The position numbers and the translations under genes were made by a program. A stretch of DNA of 62,406 nucleotides, the filler included, from Stramenopiles sp. TOSAG23-2 (Eukaryota), in assembly GCA_900128395.1 (NCBI GenBank). It is 7 parts of 7 records of this genome, joined end to end, with 100 filler letters (N's around TTAATTAATTAA, not from the genome) between each part and the next. Parts side by side here need not be neighbours in the genome. Positions count along the whole stretch, not along the records: positions 57,520 to 59,082 come from LT652674.1; positions 59,183 to 60,744 come from LT652675.1; positions 60,845 to 62,406 come from LT652676.1; 4 more parts are not named here. The stretch is one strand, 5' to 3'. The notes beneath the pieces were generated by a model, which was not told where the DNA came from, made no database searches, and saw only the letters and a list, made by a program, of their open reading frames with translations. Every line of letters begins with the position of its first letter. Position 1 is the stretch's first letter. This document shows, in pieces, positions 57,520-62,406 of the stretch.

Positions 57520-58901
57520 GCAATGAACGAGTCTTCTGTTTCACCTAAACGTTGACCAAATGTTACGCCCCATCCACATTCCTTTGCTGCTTTTGCTGCA
57601 CGTAAGCAATCACCTACTGTACCAACTTGATCCATTTTAATTGTAATTGCATTTATCGCCTTCGTTTCAACATGTTTCAAAATTTCATCAGCATTGCTAG
57701 CAAGTAATTCACCCCCGACAACTTGCATAGATTCCCCATATGCTTCGGTAAACTTTTGAAATCCAACAAGATCATCAGCTGCATATGGATCTTCCATAGA
57801 TATGATTGCCTCTGGGAACGATTCAAACATTGTATTATATTCTTCCATCAACGCATCACTATCCATAATATTTTGTTCAATATCTGGATTGGAATATATT
57901 AAATTATATTTTTGAAGTTTTTCTTTTGGCTCGCCATCCTCCCCTTCTTCCTCCTCCTCCTCCTCTTCTTCACCATCGTTTGGTGTATATTTTAATTCTG
58001 AACCTGAAACATTAATTGCAATACGAAAATGATCTTCCATTTTACCTTTCTCAAAAGCATCACATATGCATTGTAACGCATCGCCTGCATTGTCAATTGG
58101 TGGTGTATATGCACCTTGGTCATTGACTTGTTGCAACGTGAATCCACTATCACCATATTTTTCCAATAAAACTTCACCTAATATTTTATAATATTTTAAA
58201 CCAAGTTCAAATGCTTCCCTAAATGTCTTTGCAAAGATTGGCGCAACCATGAACTCTTGGTATGGTATATTTGTTTTCTTAACATGTTTTCCACCTGCAA
58301 TCACATTGAAGAATGGCACCGGTAAATTGACACTATCAGTAGCACATAGATCAGCTATATGTTTATACAACGGTACTTGTTTCTCAGCTGCACCAGCACG
58401 ACAACATGCCATACTTACTGCTAATATAGCATTTGCACCAATTTTTGAATACCTATCTGTACCATCCAAATCAACTAATGCACGATCAATTGCATCTTGA
58501 TCCAATGGATTTTTACCAACAATTGCTTTTGACATTGCAACGTTGATACTTTTTAAGCAGCTCGTTACAGTACCATCTTTATCCCTTTTCTCTACCATAC
58601 CTAAATTAGAAGGGTCTTCCCGTTCATCTGCTATTGGTACACTAGCACTGAACTGACCTTGAAAGGTTGTTACTTCAGCATATACGGTTGGTGTGCCACG
58701 TGGGTCATATATCTGCCTTGCAACAATACTTTTGATACCAGACGAAGTTGATGACAATTCTTTCATATGCGTTGATAGAAATAAAAATGGATCCGTCGGT
58801 CTTTCCTTTACACATTTATTTACTACCTCATTCATAACCGTTTCTAAATCATGTTCTTGTAAATATTTTTCAACCATTTTACGTTGTGTATCCTTCGACA
58901 T
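57520..58901 (-). CDS. Enolase-4-like pseudo-enolase with N-terminal RIIa/Dpy-30-like docking domain (3' truncated)
   Basis: Enolase fold motifs ARQIYD.RG.PTV, GANAILAVSMA, LPVPFFNV, QEFM, GETED. N-terminal YLQEHDL...ERPTDPFLFL. Several catalytic motifs are altered. Confidence 0.88.
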
Positions 58902-59082
58902 CTTTGACAAAATTTATGCGTATATATAGGTATGTATCTCGCTTTTTACTATATATATATCTGTTCTTTAATCTACGGAACGGCAGGATGATTATTATTA
59001 TTATTATTCACTTTGTTGTTGCTTACATTATGTTCAACATTGGTATTGACAACGTGATCACACACGTGCATGAAAGTAATAA

Positions 59083-59182
59083 NNNNNNNNNNNNNNNNNN
59101 NNNNNNNNNNNNNNNNNNNNNNNNNNTTAATTAATTAANNNNNNNNNNNNNNNNNNNNNNNNNNNNNNNNNNNNNNNNNNNN
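59083..59182. other. Artificial contig spacer
   Basis: N-TTAATTAATTAA-N, 100 nt. Confidence 0.98.
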
Positions 59183-59183
59183 C

Positions 59184-60739
59184 AATAATAGTAAAAAAGA
59201 ACAAAAAAGAATTAATTCAGCTTCCATCCATCATGGAACACCTAATTTTTACCTGGAAAGTCAAAGTACAAATACAGAAATGGTTCAGATAGAGGAATAT
59301 ACAATTGTGAATAGAAAAAGTAGTAATAATGCCATACAAAATCGAAATTTATCTACATTAGGGCCATCAGAAACTATAGAAATAAATAATAAAAATCTTC
59401 CTAAAACAATACCGACACCAATAGAAGTATTAGCAAGAAAATCGGAAAATGATAATGTTGATAATCATAATAATGATAATAATAGTAATAATAGTAGTAC
59501 AACCCTAAACAAGATTCCTTTTGTATCTTTTGTTATAGAATGGGGGTATTTTCAGAAAGAGGAAGCAGAAACGATATTATTAGAAACATGGAACCATGGT
59601 AATATAGAAAATAGTTGGAAAGACAATTTTCCAAAAGAAACAATTATTTGCAATTTAAATGTAGATTGGATACCTGCACAAGATGTTGTAAAAGATTGCT
59701 CAATACCAATGTATTTACAAGAACCAGCAGCAGTTTTTCACCCGACAGAAGATCCAGGAAAGCGTTTAGATAATAATTCCATCAGAAGAAAGTTATTTCC
59801 TGTTCTTTATGAAGTGTTTGATTTAATTTTGTCATCATCATTAAAACATTTACTATTATACCATTGCTTTATAAAAATTGAGGATATCTTGGCAAAGGAA
59901 CAAAGTATTATTGTAAATGACAACAATGAAGACGATGAAGAAAATAGTAATGATGAGAAAGTATTAATCCCATCTTTTTGTATATGTTTGCATCGTAATT
60001 ATGTTGCTGAATATTTTATTGTAGATAATCATGTTCCTATATTTGGAGAGAGAGATAATGATGATAATGGTGGATGTTTAGAACATGAATATTGGCCGTT
60101 AATAATTGAAAAGGCATTGGCAAAGCAATATAATACGTATGAAAATATAAACAACTTGGAATTTCACCAGATTTTCCATTCTTTAACTGGTAAGAAATAT
60201 TCTATTCCCCCTAAACCTAAAAAAAAGAATAGGATGTATATCCTCTCTAACACTGTATCACTCATTCATATGCTGCACTTCACACAGGTGGTAATTGTAA
60301 ATATTTAGAACTTCATGACGATAAAGAAAAGAATAATATGACAAGCGAAACATTTTGGCATTTATTACTAAATCATCATGCAGATGGTGACATTATTGCA
60401 ATTGAATGGAATCATGTGGATGATCCAAATGATAATACGGAGAGTAAAATATTGTTAATGATATGTACAAACTTTTTTAGAAATAAGGATCATTCACATA
60501 TTCAAGAAGATGCTAATAAAAACGAAACGAAACTCCTCAATAGTAATTACAATGTAGATGATGGATTTACATTGGAGGAAATAGAAAAACTAGAAGGTAG
60601 ATTTATTGAAATCAATAATAAATATTATTCATGGGATAAAAAAATTTGCAAAAAGAAATTTTTCGTATGTCTTCTACCACATGAAGGCGATTCTATTCGA
60701 GAATTTAAGCATTTTCCAAATACAAAAAGAAGGGTGTAG
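59184..60739 (+). CDS. Calpain-like (CysPc) protein, probably non-catalytic, 5' partial; join(<59184..60189,60288..60739)
   Basis: IVDNHVP and EYWPLIIEKALAKQYNTYENI. Splicing 60190-60287 creates the conserved SLTGG and joins the MTSETFW ORF in frame. Confidence 0.8.
60190..60287 (+). mobile_element. Spliceosomal intron, candidate introner-like element copy B (98 nt)
   Basis: GTAAGA...CTAAC...CACAG; removal restores the calpain LTGG motif. Homologous to the intron at 4648-4731. Confidence 0.75.
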
Positions 60740-60744
60740 TAAAA

Positions 60745-60844
60745 NNNNNNNNNNNNNNNNNNNNNNNNNNNNNNNNNNNNNNNNNNNNTTAATTAATTAA
60801 NNNNNNNNNNNNNNNNNNNNNNNNNNNNNNNNNNNNNNNNNNNN
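60745..60844. other. Artificial contig spacer
   Basis: N-TTAATTAATTAA-N, 100 nt. Confidence 0.98.
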
Positions 60845-60845
60845 A

Positions 60846-62309
60846 AGCAAAAAGAAAGCCCGGTTTCCAAATGATTATAGAAGAATTCAGGAAATACATA
60901 ATTCACATTTATATAATACGTCTTCTAGTGCAACAACCACGGAGTTCTACCTCAGTGGAGATGAGCAAAAACGATCGCCTACCACATCAAAACGAGGTCT
61001 TGTACTGATTTCTCCGACAACAGCGAAGGCAAGATTTGCTAACAGTTTTGATTTTGAGAAAAAACTAAATTTATACAGGAAATGTACTAAGGATGTTACA
61101 AGCGCTTTGAAAATACATACTGGGAAAAATATTGAATACCTACAAAAAATGATTCAGGTATCGGAAATTAAATCGGAACTATTAAATGTAGCTGAAGAGA
61201 TGAAAAAGAAAGTTATACGTTCAATAGATGAAAATATCAACGAGACTAAATCTAACTCGCAAATGATAAATCTTGATTTACATGATTTTATTAAAAACTT
61301 TACTTCTAGGATGAATTCGTATGAAAATTTGGATGTATTATTTCACGAAATTGAGAAATACATAAAAGTGCATGGAAAACAATTTGAAATCTCCAAAGGA
61401 AAAACCGCTTTGTTTGATGATATAATTAACGAAGATACAATCGATAAAAAAGATTATGACGTTGGTCGGGAACGAGATGAAGCATTACAAAATTATTTTC
61501 ATTTTTTAAAGATAAAAAAGGATGGACTTCAATGTTGGCTAGACTATAATATAAAACTTGTTCAAAAAATTCAACTAGAAGATGTATTTGAGGCAATCAA
61601 AGAAAAACTGTTAACTTTGGCTGCAGATGCCGACGCTGCAAGCATGGATTTTTCGAATGATATTTTTGAGTTCCATGGAAAAAATAGTTTAAACTTCTAC
61701 GCCAATATTTTATACAAATCAATCAACAAATTAATTAAAAATAGTACAGACTCGAAAAAACAATTTTACACGCTTGCAAAAAATATGATAAACGAAATAA
61801 CAAATCACATTACTTTACTGAACAAAGAAAGAATAAAAATTCGGAGTATGTTATTTGATACCACCACTCAATTTTCACTAATAAAACCCCTTTATGGACA
61901 GCGGGTTGAAGCAACGCTAATTATGTCAACATTGATAAACTTAAAACAGAATTTAAAATTTGCAAAAGAACAGCTAAATAAGGCTAAAAAATCGTTGAAG
62001 GAAGCTGAAGGCGATAGTGATGATAGTGATTATGATGCAGATGATCCAGAATTAATAAAATGCAGAGATAAGAAGGAAAAACGAGAGATGGAGCATTTAA
62101 AATTAGTTCGAAGGAAGGATGGTTTACTAAATAGTTTACGCAATGTATGCGAAGTAAAACCTGAAAATGATATTGAAACCATCGAATGTTCTTTTATATT
62201 TCCTGAAATTTTCGCTGATGCCATTAAACTGTTTGAAAAGAAAAGGAGTAGAAAAAAGAAAGAAACGAAAAGCAATGACCAGGTTAATGTAGAAGTTATT
62301 TGGATTTAG
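60846..62309 (+). CDS. Hypothetical coiled-coil protein (5' partial)
   Basis: Frame open from the contig edge at 60846 through the 400-aa ORF; helical and charged. No family recognised. Confidence 0.7.
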   Translation, partial: SKKKARFPNDYRRIQEIHNSHLYNTSSSATTTEFYLSGDEQKRSPTTSKRGLVLISPTTAKARFANSFDFEKKLNLYRKCTKDVTSALKIHTGKNIEYLQKMIQVSEIKSELLNVAEEMKKKVIRSIDENINETKSNSQMINLDLHDFIKNFTSRMNSYENLDVLFHEIEKYIKVHGKQFEISKGKTALFDDIINEDTIDKKDYDVGRERDEALQNYFHFLKIKKDGLQCWLDYNIKLVQKIQLEDVFEAIKEKLLTLAADADAASMDFSNDIFEFHGKNSLNFYANILYKSINKLIKNSTDSKKQFYTLAKNMINEITNHITLLNKERIKIRSMLFDTTTQFSLIKPLYGQRVEATLIMSTLINLKQNLKFAKEQLNKAKKSLKEAEGDSDDSDYDADDPELIKCRDKKEKREMEHLKLVRRKDGLLNSLRNVCEVKPENDIETIECSFIFPEIFADAIKLFEKKRSRKKKETKSNDQVNVEVIWI

Positions 62310-62406
62310 AAGCACGGCTACAACTGGTGGAGGTGCAAATGCATTTGGTAATAATGTAAATAATTTTGGAAAGACAGCAAATAGTGTGGCTGGAAGTAGC
62401 AACAAT

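Noticed and set aside
27016-60844. Six identical TTAATTAATTAA motifs within N runs as a biological repeat, and any gene clustering across them
   Set aside because: These are fixed 100-nt all-frame-stop linkers. The flanking contigs are size-sorted, so neighbours are unlinked.

Overview
AT-rich, intron-poor eukaryotic genomic DNA. Gene content suggests a flagellated heterotrophic protist, plausibly a marine stramenopile (inference only). The window is not one locus. It is seven contigs joined by artificial 100-nt N/TTAATTAATTAA/N spacers and ordered by size (27015, 26976, 1564, 1564, 1563, 1562, 1562 nt), so adjacency across spacers means nothing. About 25 genes or gene pieces can be supported. 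Several need GT-AG introns that the ORF track misses, and one gene (cytochrome b5) is absent from the track. Highlights: (1) two introns in unrelated genes on different contigs (4648-4731, 60190-60287) are homologous along their whole length, suggesting an introner-like family; (2) splicing the first of these builds a ~1564-aa receptor with a PBP2-like ectodomain, a class-C-like 7TM, an active TKL kinase and a pseudokinase; (3) a SET-domain/ADAT2 tRNA deaminase fusion; (4) a tandem-repeat locus with DEK-C-like and AP2-like repeats and a UDG-like domain; (5) an ENO4-like pseudo-enolase and a sAC-like cyclase/STAND NTPase. About a dozen near-exact 50-200 nt tandem duplications are probably assembly artefacts and distort several ORFs. 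All domain calls come from motif recognition by eye; no searches were run.
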